Shown piece after piece: positions 24,626 to 36,571 of a stretch of 64,000 nucleotides of DNA. A model generated the notes under the pieces. It was given only the letters and a program-made list of their open reading frames with translations, was not told the DNA's origin and did no database searches. Source of the stretch: Neoconidiobolus thromboides FSU 785 (lineage: Eukaryota > Fungi > Entomophthoromycota); contig MU626360.1 in the NCBI GenBank assembly GCA_025603075.1, positions 1 through 64,000 of the forward strand. Direction: 5' to 3'. Position 1 is the first letter of the stretch. Each line of letters opens with the position of its first letter. The position numbers and the translations under genes were made by a program.

Positions 24626-25436
24626 TTTAAACAAACAAAACAAAGTAATTAAAGTATAATAAAAAGAAAAGTGAAGTTTTAGTTATCTATTTTAATTGCT
24701 TTTATGCATTTTTTTTGTTGATTTAATCTATTGACATTAAATTTAACGCTTGACCAGTTACTAGCTATTTTTGTTCGTTATATTGCCTAATTAATTAAAA
24801 TCATTTGCATATAAAATGATCAAGTATGTGAAGAGCTTATTGGTTAAGAACTTTGTTGTTACATTTTTACTAAAAAATACGCTCCTATTTAATAACAAGT
24901 ATTTTGTTATCATCTTACTTATCAATGGTACCTCAAGTGTTAGTACGTTCAACATCTATTAAAATTTTGATTAACTTGGGGTTTATTACTATATACTAAA
25001 TGGTAGAAGGCAATAAAGTAATAAAAATAACCCTTTTTAATAATATAGTTACATAATAGTTCCCTTTTATGCATTTAATAGATTAGAAAACAAGTTAATA
25101 TTATTAGTTTAGTCAATTCTTAGAATTTTTCTTGGCGATAAACTTATTTTTAAGCTGTGCCTATATCATTGGCTGATAAAAATGCCGCTTAATAGAGTAA
25201 AAATAGATAAGCCAAAACAAAAAAGTAGAGTCTTAAGGTACATCAATTAAAGAACATTTAATTAAAAAGTTGATCACTTGGTATGCGTAGTATTTTCATG
25301 GATTGATTTTTGAAAATGGCCTAATAAGTCAAATTAATCTTAAATCATGTGCCTACGATATAATCACATTTATTCATCATCTAATGTTTAAATCTAGTAA
25401 GCTAAAGTACAAAAACTGTACTAAAAACAATAAGCA

Positions 25437-25509
25437 GCTTCTTTGGCGCAGCTGGCAGCGCGTGAGTCTCATAATCTCAAGGTCGTGGGTTCGATCCCCA
25501 CAGGGAGCA
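25437..25509 (+). tRNA. tRNA-Met (CAU), elongator type
   Basis: Acceptor stem GCTTCTT/AGGGAGC; anticodon loop CT CAT AA; T loop TTCGATC; G1 start, unlike initiator tRNA. Confidence 0.92.
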
Positions 25510-25677
25510 TTTTTTGTCTTTTTCATACATAATGATCAATGTAATATACCAAAGAAAAATATAAAAACATCAAATTAGTTTATTTGTAAGTGTCAATCAA
25601 ACCGCAGAAGTAAAGAAAAAAATATGATTAAAGTGAAAAAAAACAAAGATAAACAAACAAAGCATCGATATTTTTTT

Positions 25678-27369
25678 CTAAATCATAAGCACCTTAAGTC
25701 GATTTCGTACCCCAGCAATTTTAGAATCTAGAGAATCTAGTTGTTGCTCTAATTCGTATTGCTTTAATCTTAATGTCTTAGTTACTTTACTGATAGGGAT
25801 TTTAGAATAAGCTTGCGTCACTTTCTTTTTTTCTTCCATTAATTGATCTAATTTATTATTTAAATAATCCAATTCACTCTCTTCATTCTCTTTATACTCC
25901 ATCGTTGGTGAGGATAATGGTGTATCATTCATACTGCTACTAGTTTTTATTAGTTTGATTCAAATTACTATTGGAAGTTTTATACTTACCCTTCCTTAAT
26001 GTTTTCACTATTATCGTTGTTTAAACTATAAACGGAGATATTAAAAAACACAAATATCAAATAAATAAAAGACTACCTTAAAGTAAGTGAGTGTCTCTTT
26101 TTAACTTCTTCCTTGATAATTGGGCTTAAAAATACTTGGAATTGTTCAACTTTATCCTAATCATAAATGTTAGCTATCGGATTGTTTAGCTGTTGTCTGA
26201 TTTACTTTAAGATCCTGATTCTCTTTTTTATAATTTTGAATATCCTTTTCATATTTCTGAACTTTTCTATATAAATGTTTAGTATAAAATCCCTTATTTG
26301 TAATGTTTAATCTTACTCTTCCAATTCTTGGATTTTACTCAAGTCTTCCTCGTTATTCTAAATAAATTTATTAAACACACTATTTTATATGTTATAATCG
26401 ACTTGCCTTGTTTTCTTTAACTGTATTTTCAAGCTCACTACACAAAGCTGGTTAGCGTCTCAATAATACGTTAAAAGTATAACTTACTTAACCTTGACTA
26501 AATTTAATTTATAAACTGCTTTGAGTTCAGCCAATTCCAATCTAATAGAATCATTTTGATCCTAATAATGTAAATATTTTTTCTGATGACTTAATAAACT
26601 TTACTTTTTCTTCTTTGAGCCAAACTTTAAGTTGATCTCTTTCTAAAGTAAGCGAAGCTTTAATTTCACTTAACTCAGTTTCTTTAAATGTAAGGTCTAA
26701 AATCATCATTAATAACCTTCATATTATTATTGTCTTTTATTTTTACTTTCAACTCTCTTTTTATTGTGCATATAATTAGTAGTAATATCGTCCATCTGTT
26801 TTAATAATTTCTTATTTTCTTCTTCAAGTTCCATATTCTAAATAGAAGCGATTACATTAAAAACAAAATATACAACAAGAATAATTACCTTTAAACTTAA
26901 CTCCTCCTTTTCGTCCAAAACCTCTTGTAAATTATTACTCTCTTCTATCATATCGAACTCTTGTTTGACTTGTAACTTATTTTCCAAAAGTTTAATTTTA
27001 TTTAATAAACCATCAAGCTCTTTTTCTAATATTTGAATCCTCTCATTTTTCTCTGTTTGCTTCTTTTCCCCTTCCTTAACCTTGACTTCATAACTCTCTC
27101 TTTCTACTGACATTTGTCTCACTTTCTGCTGTAACATTTGTAACTCTTTTTCTTTTTCAAAGTTTACTTCGATCGGACTGGTCTTATTATTTTTTATACT
27201 AAAGGGTTTTTTTTACTCAATAGCTATTAATTTAACTTTGATGTTATCAAAATTACCTAAATCCACTATCATGGCTCGCAATTTCTTTAATACTTAAGTC
27301 CTGGCTGCTTTTATTATCGACCTTCATCAACCAGTTTCCGGTTTTAAATTTTAATTTACCAAGGCCCAT
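25678..27369 (-). CDS. Coiled-coil protein of unknown function (spliced)
   Basis: ATG at 27369 (MGLGKLKF...) splices in frame to ORF 26838-27137 and, through further short exons, to the terminal ORF 25678-25932. Heptad E/K/Q/L-rich throughout. Middle exon boundaries not all verified. Confidence 0.65.
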
Positions 27370-27919
27370 ATTTGTACTCTTTTAAATATTAATCAAAGCT
27401 AAAGTAGATGTTACTATTATTTAGTTTAGTTTGTACAATATTTAACTAAGTGGAAAGCAATTATAAAGAAATTAAGGATGTTGATTTTAAGCTTGAATTT
27501 TTTTTCTTTCCCAATAATAACACCGAGCCAATTAAACTACTGCTTCTCCGTTTTTTTAATTAAATCGTTTTTGAACTGTTTGTGATGCTACTGTTTGAGT
27601 TAAATTGCTTATTAAGCGTTATGTCAATGATTAGCATTATAATTTTAAAAAAATAAAATAAAGATAATACTGATGAAATCAGTAATAAATTTTATAATGA
27701 AGCTATTGATTATTAATGAAGGCAGTGTAAACAATAGTAAAAGTAATATAAATAATAATTATATTAGCAATAAATAACTTTAAAACAAGTTTAATTGAAA
27801 ACTTATAACTTAGACTTTAAATCCAAATAAGCGAAAAATTAATACCCAAACAAAAAAGCAAAAAAACAAAAAATAAAAGGTTATTGAAATTTTGTTTCTT
27901 ATTTTTAAAAAACAAATAA

Positions 27920-29053
27920 ATGCGCAACCGAAGTGAAGATAGCAACGAAAATAGTAGAAGAAGAGGCAGGGATGATGAGCCTAATATAACCTCAGTAGTA
28001 GGATCCAATCCAGATTCACCTTTATCTATTGCATTACAAGAGCTACTGTCAGCCATAAATGGTAATAGTTTACAAGCTGGTTATCGTAGTCGTAATTTAC
28101 GACAAAGAGGCAGAAGTGGGAGTACTAGAAGAATACGTAAAAAAATGATGTTACCAAAGGATAAAAGTTTAGCTATTATATCTTCTTCATTTAGAAATTT
28201 ATCAAGCCGTAGTACAACAGAATATACATTGCATTTTGATGTAATTAAATCAGATGGTGGAGAGCATAAGTAAGTGTTTATTTTTAATGAATTGGGAAAG
28301 ATTGTTAAGATTTAGTAGCCATATATATTCGATTAATAATATTTTAAGTGAGGATAGTGGGGTTTATAGGTAATATTAAGAAAATGATAATGATTAATGA
28401 TGATAACTAAAATATTCTAGTTCCCAAAAAAAACAGAATGTAAATGTATTATTAAAATTTAATCCAGGGATCACAGGGGTAGCAGATCCAAGCTGTGTAA
28501 TCACAAAAGCAACTGCTCAATCCCCCTTTGAAGGATTTACTGCGCCTTGTAATTTATTTTTTATCTATTAGTTTATATTGATCTTAAATTTATAAGGTAC
28601 TGAAATAATTTTGTTTTTAAGTCACAAAGCGATTCAAATAGAAGGTATTTTATTCTTTTCAAGTTAATATAAAAATTATTTAATAATGGCACAAGATTTA
28701 TATTAATATGATTTTCTTTTGTCAGATATGGAAAAATACGATGATATAAGCTATGAAGAATATAGACAATGTGTAAAAGAACCAGAAAAGCACCCATGGA
28801 GGGTTAAAGACTTGCCGGTTGATTCCTATATTATATTAGACAAAGATAAAAATTACGTAAAAACACAGACTATACCATTTAGGTAACAATAATAACATCA
28901 TCGCTTAAAAAACACATTTATTTACTTATGATTTAATTGAATAGAATGGCACGTTATATCGGACTCAAATTGATTCGATCTCAAGGAGATTTAGGCAACA
29001 TTGATTTTCAGTATTTTAGTGTTAAAGGTAAAAAAGAATCAAGAATAGGTTAA
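27920..29053 (+). CDS. Uncharacterised conserved fungal protein with a predicted beta-sandwich domain (spliced)
   Basis: Exons encode FDVIKSDGGEH, NILSEDSGVY, QKKQNVNVLLKF, EGFTAP, and a final exon MARYIGLKLIRSQGDLGNIDFQYFSVKG...*. I recall this pattern from a hypothetical fungal family (DGG...NIL.D..VY...NIDIQ); not verified. Confidence 0.6.
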
Positions 29054-29128
29054 ATGAATCATTAATTTAAGAGCTAGGTTTTTCTGGCCCCCGTTCGTTT
29101 TCTAAGGCAGATATATGCTAAAAAAAGA

Positions 29129-29174
29129 TATAATATAGTATAATATAGTATAATATACTATTATATTATATTAG
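29129..29174. repeat. AT-rich 10-mer tandem (TAATATAGTA x~3) followed by its partial inverse
   Basis: taatatagta taatatagta taatatacta ttatattata, lying between two convergent stop codons. Confidence 0.6.
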
Positions 29175-29190
29175 TAGCTATTTTTTTAAT

Positions 29191-30067
29191 TTAATTTAAT
29201 AAATTCATTGGTTCAATTTCTAAACCTTGTATTTTATCTTTAGTGTTTATCGGTTGGGATTTAAGATTTAACTATAATATGATAAATGTATTAATATTAA
29301 ATTAGTAATAAATAAATTTACTTTATATGGAAATACAAATTTATCTTTAGAAGTAATTGGAGGTATATGCTCTTTAAACTGATCCATGGTATGTATAATA
29401 CTCATCAGTATTTTTTTAATTTGTCTTTCTTTATTAGTGTTATTATAATTAGCGTTAGTATGATCTATTAAATTATTAGATTAGATTATTATACTAGCAT
29501 AAATAGAATTAATTTGCCATTCAATATTAAACTCCAATGCTCCCAGTCTACTTCTTCTTCTGTTACTGAAAACCAGGCCTTTCTATACTTGCGCTCCATT
29601 AAAGTTAGTTCAATCTAATATATAAATTACCAATTATTTCTTTAATAACTTTTAATCCTTACCAGCCATAGATGCTCTTTATCGATTTTGATCCTATTTA
29701 TTGCTTCATAAGTTATACTCTCAATCTTACTTTTTAAAGCCTCATCTTTGACTTTTAACTAAATTAACATTACTATATTGCTTTCTTTCAATATTATTAT
29801 ATTGCTTAATTACATAATGTAGCTCATTTTCGCTTTCTATTGGTTGTATAATACCAAATACACGATGAAATAATATGGTATTTAAAATAGCTAATATTTA
29901 TAATATAAATATCCCAATATTACTATCTATAAGTTAATACTAACCTAATAAACTTTCTTTATCTATAGCAATCCATTTTTCCTAATTAAACAAGCAAGTC
30001 AATTTATGCTCTTATTCTTCGCTTAACTAAATAAATTTACTAAATCAATTTTAAACTGTGCGACCAT
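29191..30067 (-). CDS. ATG101: Autophagy protein Atg101 (HORMA domain), multi-exon; not in ORF track
   Basis: Spliced: MVAQFKIDL|EKWIAIDKE|..ILNTILFHRVFGIIQP..|...RKAWFSVTEEEVDWEHW...HIPPITSKDKFVFPYK|L...*. TILFHR, the WF finger (KAWF..EEEV.WE.W) and HIPPIT are Atg101 hallmarks. Confidence 0.85.
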
Positions 30068-30365
30068 GATATAAATAATAAAAGAACAGAAATAAATTGA
30101 TTCTTTTAATTTTTCTAATTGCTTGTTTTAACCGTTTCTTTTTTAAGCTAAATATATTCCATAAAACTGAAATGAAACAATAAATTGAAATTATTGGCTG
30201 TTACTGGATTTAGCCAATGATCAATTAAAATACTCAAATAAAGGGATGACCTCACAATTAAATACAAATTATGAAAAAATGAAAAAATGAAAAAACAAAA
30301 AGCTATAAATTAAAAGGAAAACCAACTTTAAGCTATTTATTTTGTATTTTTAAAAACAATCAAAA

Positions 30366-32385
30366 ATGTTATTATTGCTTCGTAATTTAAAATTAGTTAA
30401 AGCCCAAAACAAAGTGTTAAGCTCTTTGATTAAAAATAATAGCTTTAGTACTACAAAGTCAGTTAAAAACGTCATTCAACTTCATAATGAAAGGGTAAGA
30501 TTACTATTTGTTTTTATTGTCATTATTGAATATTTATTTAGCTTATGAAAAATACGTTGTTAAATGAAATCAAGTCAAGTCTTGAGGATGACGGAGGCAC
30601 TTTTTTAGTAAACGGTGAGATTACATACAAGTATTTATATCTGGCAATATAGTTAAAATAAAATTAGATCCATCAACTCAGTCTCCACTAGCTAAAGTAA
30701 AAGAGATGGGTAAAAAAGAGGGAGAAGACAAGATCAGGGAAAGTTATGATTTGTTTCATTCTCCTTCGTGGAAAGAACTGGGTATTAAAGTACTATTGGT
30801 TTCTCATTGATATCAAGTACTAATTCATGATTATAGCAAAGGCACGATAAGTTACGACAATTATATGATTTAATGATCAAAAATGAAAAGGAGTTAGCTA
30901 CTATCATTACTTTAGAAAATGGAAAGGTAATTTTATTTGACTCAATAAAGGTGTATTAATTTAATGCTTTTATTGTAGACATTTAATGAGGTAATTATTT
31001 TAAGCTAGTTGTTATATGTAAATTAAAATACTAGTCAATCGGTGAAGTAAGATATGCTGCTTCTTTTATAGAGTGGTTCTCAGAGCAAACATTACGTATT
31101 GATGGAAGTGTCATTAATTCCGAGAATAAAGATTCAAAATATTTAGTAGTAAAAGAACCGGTTGGTGTTGTTGGGATAATTACACCTTGGAATTTTCCAT
31201 TAGCTATGATCACTAGGAAATTTGGCGCTGCTTTTGCTGCAGGTTGTACAACAGTAATAAAACCAGCCTCTGAGACCCCGTTAACCTGTTTAGCATTTGC
31301 TAATTTATTGAAAAAAGTTGAAATACCTGAAGCCTCTTTTTCTGTCATAACTACACATGAAAGCACTAAGGAGATTGGAAAGTTATTATGTCAAAGTGAT
31401 TTGATTAGTAAAATTTCATTTACTGGATCAGTAAGTTGTTATTTTTATATCATAGTTGATTCATTTACCATATACTTAGACTATGGTTGGTAAGTTATTA
31501 CTAAGAGATAGTAGTGATACTGTAAAGAAAGTAAGTATGGAGTTGGGTGGTAATGCGCCTTTTATTGTGATGGGTAATTCTTATATACCATACCATTATT
31601 ATATTGATGCAATATTTTAAATTAGAAAACTCTGATATTGGCAAAGCAGTGCAATGTAATCATATTATTATTATTTTTTAATAGTTACATAATAATTTTA
31701 TTAGGCTTAGTTCAGGGCAAATTCCGTAACTCTGGGCAGACATGTGTTTGTCCGAACCGAGTTTATATTCAAGATACTATTTATGATGCGTTCTTAAATA
31801 AACTAACTAAGAAGGTTGAAGAATTAAAAGTAGGTAATGGATTTAAAGAAGGAGTAACTGTAGGCCCATTGATCAATGAAAAGAGCATAATTAAGATAGA
31901 GAAATTGGTTAAAAATAGTATTGAATTAGGAGCTAAAATAGTATGTGGTGGGAATCGAGTCAATGATAATGACGTTGAAGGATATTTTTATCAGCCAACA
32001 ATAATCAAAGATGCTAATCCTAAGATGGATATCTCATGCAATGAAATATTTGGTCCTGTCTTAGTGTGTTACAAGTTTAGTAGCTTAAAAGAGGCAATTG
32101 AGTTGGCTAATGATTCAGAATACGGGTTAGCTGCTTACGCGTTTACTAATGATTTAAAAGAGGCATTTGAATTAGCTAATAAAATTCAATCTGGCATGGT
32201 TGCTATCAATGCAGGTAGTGTGTCTAGTACTTTGGCACCATTTGGTGGGGTTAAGCACTCTGGGTTTGGAAGAGAAGGTGAGTAGCTTATATTGATGATT
32301 ATGAATGCTAATAGTAATTTTTTTAGGCTCAAAATATGGGCTTGATGACTATCTTAATATAAAAACGGTCAATTTAAACTATTAA
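30366..32385 (+). CDS. UGA2: Mitochondrial succinate-semialdehyde dehydrogenase (ALDH5-like), multi-exon
   Basis: [80 protein letters not shown]|[10 protein letters not shown]; basic presequence-like N-terminus. Confidence 0.92.
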
Positions 32386-32459
32386 ATAAATAAAGATCAA
32401 ATGTATGTTAGCAAAGATATTATTTTATATTATTATAATGTGCCGAAATAGAATAGCAA

Positions 32460-32533
32460 GCTCGTATGGCGCAATTGGCTAGCGCGTTCGACTGTTAATC
32501 GAGAGGTTGCTGGTTCGATCCCAGCTATGAGCG
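32460..32533 (+). tRNA. tRNA-Asn (GUU)
   Basis: Acceptor stem GCTCGTA/TATGAGC; anticodon arm TTCGA-CT GTT AA-TCGAG; T loop GGTTCGATCCC. Confidence 0.95.
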
Positions 32534-33148
32534 ACAACCATGATTATATTTCTTTTTTTATTAAAATAAAGTAATGTTATATTTTAAGTAGTTTTTCATA
32601 ATATAATAGATTGTTTGATAGTAAGACCATAGCAGTCATTTTTCAAATAACGAAATCGAATATGCCTTTAAATGACTTATTGATTTATAATATAAATTAA
32701 TCAATAAAAATAGAAGGGCATGAAGCCAAACCTCATGTCTACTATAGTACCTTATTAAGAGAGCTTTTATAAAACCATTCTTCGGTCCATACATTTTTCA
32801 ATTCATATCAAATGGATTGTAAAATAGGGTATGAAGGCCCCTTTTAATATAGTAGTCTTGCGTGAACCCTGTGATAGTTCAAAAAACAGGTATTTAAAAG
32901 TTAGTTAAAAGTGATGTGGAAAGGCTCAAGGTAAAAGCCAATGTAATTGATGTTATAATTTAGTTCATGAGAATCTGGATAGATTAATAAAATTCTAGTA
33001 CAGTAGACTTTTACTAAGGGATTGGCAAAAAAATCCATAACCTAATGAATTTTCTAAGTTATTATAAAGTAACTAGAATTTGTTTTGGATTTGGAATAAA
33101 ACGTTATAATTATTTATTTAATACAGATTTAAAATATTTGGAAGTTTA

Positions 33149-35354
33149 TTAAATGGCAGCAGTTTGTTTCTTTAACCAACTTAAAGTAAAATCATCATCT
33201 TTAAGGAGTGGAGATAAAGTATTATAAACTCTTTGATGGTAAGAATTTAAATAATCAACTTCAAATTTAGATAATAAGTCCTTATTAATCAATTTAGTGT
33301 GAATAGGAACCTAAAAAACAAGATACATTAACATTCATCATATTTGTTGTCACAAAATAAAATTTACCAAAGTTACATTTTCAAATCCATAATATTCTAG
33401 ATTACCAAAATTCTTTAAACCTTTTACTTCTTTAACAATCAGTATATTTTCAGTACGAATACCAAATTTGCCATCTTCATAATACCCAGGTTCATTGGTA
33501 ACAGTCATATTAGGCTGTAATGGGATATCTAAATAATTTCTACGGAATCCAATACCTTGTGGACCTTCATGAACGTTGAGGTAAGATCCTACACCATGTC
33601 CAACACCATGACGGAAATCTAAACCACTACGCCATAATGGAGCACGGGTAATGGAATCTAAATGGAAACCTAATTATAAAAATTAAGAACCAATTGTCGA
33701 TATTAAATAATATTCTATTTACCAGTTGTACCCTTTGGAAAAGTTTGAGTTTCTAAGGTAATAACACCTTGTAACACTCTAGTGAAAGCTTCTTTTTCAA
33801 ATTCTGTTGGTGAACCAAAATGCCAAGTACGTGTTACATCGGTAGTACCATCTCTATTGAAGAAAAAATATGTATATTAAAATCCATCTAATAAAAAACT
33901 AAACTAGAATGAAGAATTACTTATATTGAGCTCCTGAATCACAAAGATACATTTGGTTAAGTTGGATTTGATCACATTTTTGATGAGTTGGATGATAATG
34001 AATGATTGCTCCATTAGGTCCAGTAGATGAAATAGTAGCAAAAGAATCCGAAACAAAATCTTGATTGACTTTTCTAAATTCTAATAATTTATCAGCAGCT
34101 TCAGCTTCAGTGATTGGATTTTTAGAATAATCCGATTTGGTAAGTAAATCTTCTAAATAAGCAAAATATTTGACTAAAGCAACTGCATCACGTACATGAC
34201 AATTTCTAAATCCATCTAATTCAATATCATTTTTAATAGCTTTTGCTAATACTATTGGACTAACTCCTAAGGATACATTATCTTTTCCTAGACTTTCTAA
34301 TAATGCTAAACTGGCATTTTTAGGCAATAATATCTTTTCTTGTTTTATAGTGGTACTTAATGTAGTTAAATGTTTTAATATTTCTTCATATTCTTTAATT
34401 ATTACTTTATCACCTAAATATTGTTTAATCTTGTCATTAATTTGTTCTTTATGAATATATAAAGTAACTTCATCATGAGTAATAGTAGCATAAGCAAAAA
34501 ACACTGGATTATAGATGATATCAGAACCTCTTAAATTAAATAACCAAGCAATTTCATCTAAAGCAGAGATAACTAAACCAGAGTATTGATGTTGTAATAA
34601 TTTGGATCGAACTAACTTCAATTTATCTTCAAAAGAAATACCTGAATATTTCAGTTCTAAAATTTCAATTTCATTTTTAGTTCTCTTTGGCTGATTGTTC
34701 CAAACTTGATCAATTAAATTCTCTTCAATAGAAACCAATTTTAATCCTTTGTTCTGAGCATTTAAATTACTTTTAACTAACTCAGCTTCTGAAATGGAAA
34801 TTAGTTTTGAATCAACACCAACCCTTCCATTTTCTGGTAATATACTTGAAATAAAATCATACCATAATGGGGTACTACTTTCTCCTTGTTTTTTTAGTTC
34901 CCAATTGCTATCCAATTGCTCATTAGCTTGTAAATAATATCTTCCATCGGTAAATAAATAAGCCTTTTCTAATCCAATAATAGCAATACCTAATAGGAGG
35001 AGAGGATTAATTTGTCTGAGTTATAAGAGAATGTAGAATAATTTGAAATTACCTGCAGATCCATCGAAACCTGAGATATAACTACGACGTGCATCAACAT
35101 CCGCAGTGTATTCACTCTATAATAGATAAGTATGGTATAATAATATATGAAATTAAGATTACTTGGTGAGCGTCACCGGAAGGTACAATATAAGCATGAA
35201 TGTTATACTCCTGTTTTTTCATCAATTGACGTAATTGATTGACTTGTGAACTAGTATCTATTGGACTCATTGTCGTTATTTTTCTTATAGAGAGTAATGG
35301 ATTGAAGTAGAGTTTGGGTTTTAAAAGAGTTTTGGAAAGAAATGAAAATAACAT
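33149..35354 (-). CDS. FRA1: Xaa-Pro aminopeptidase (aminopeptidase P, M24B; Fra1/XPNPEP1-like), spliced
   Basis: [98 protein letters not shown]. Confidence 0.92.
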
Positions 35355-35618
35355 GGTAAATAAATTGAGGTGTTTATGAATTGCTTTTTTTCAAGATGGG
35401 AAAGAAGATTATTGGATAGTGATTTCATTTTAGTCATCTATTACGTGGATGGCGTTTTATTTGTTAAGTTTTTATTTTTTCTTCCGAATTGTGTTGCTGA
35501 TTTTGAATGGAAATTACATTTCAATAATAGTCACTTTAGTTTATTAATTATATATAGTAGTAATGACAGAATGAAACAAAAATAATGAGTTAGTATATTT
35601 TTTATTTATTTATTTAAT

Positions 35619-36407
35619 TCAACTAAACTTTACACAATCCAAATTATTTTGTAAAAATAATTTAGCTTTATTTTCTTTTTCTAATACTTTAATACTTTCT
35701 TTTAATAATAACAAGGGTATATTAAAAAATTCTATAATAAATAAACAAATAAAGTTAATATATACTCAATATTATTATACGAATACTATTATATTACCTT
35801 CATTCTTATGGTCTTCATCATCAATTAAATCCATTAATAAAAAAGTTTTATTATTTTGACCGTTATCCTTTACCTGTTAAAAAAGAAACAGACGAATTAA
35901 TTTATTGTATTATAAAAGAATTAGCAATAATATCTATTACCCATTGATAAATAATATCAGCCCATTCATTAGGTTTTCTCCATAATATAATAAATTTCTC
36001 ATCTTCGAATAATACTAATTTACATTTATACATCTCAGTTACAATCTCTTTTAAAAAATCTAAATTCAATTTTCCTAATGAAGAAAATAACATTAACATT
36101 ACATTCTATATTTTTATAGAATAATATAAATATATATTGGAACTTACTTCCTATTTTTTTATTTTCGAAACATTCCATCGATATATCTTGTTTATTGAAT
36201 AAATTTATGTCTAACAAAAATAGACGATGATAATAATAATAATTTAGTATTATTTGTTTCCAATGTTCTATTTGTTCTTCTTGTATTTTAGGCACTATTT
36301 GTTTACTATATTTAGGTTAGCAAATAAGGGTTGAAAAGAGTTGGGGTAATACTAGATTACCTAAATAAAGGCGGAAAATCAAAGATCTTTGGATATTGAA
36401 AACTCAT
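35619..36407 (-). CDS. VPS25: ESCRT-II subunit Vps25 (spliced)
   Basis: MSFQYPKIFDFPPLFS|KQ...QIEHWKQIILNY...FENKKIG|RKL...FIILWRKPNEWADIIYQW|V...; FPP.F, W..IIL.Y and W+.P.EW are Vps25 motifs. Confidence 0.85.
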
Positions 36408-36571
36408 TTTATAGAAGGGGTTAGTTAATAAAAGAAAAAAATAAAGCTGTGAATGCTTCATAATTATTCGATTTTAATTGGGTGATGGTATTTTCAAATT
36501 TTAAATTTCACATTAATTTCTAAAGAAATATTAATTTTTGTTTTTTTATTTGATTGTTCAATATTTCAATA

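Noticed and set aside
25303-25578. 91-aa ORF
   Set aside because: It runs through the tRNA-Met gene; the WRSWQRVSLIISRSWVRSP segment is the tRNA read as codons.
29129-29174. AT 10-mer tandem/hairpin as a functional terminator between convergent genes
   Set aside because: Low-complexity AT sequence forms such hairpins readily; there is no independent support.
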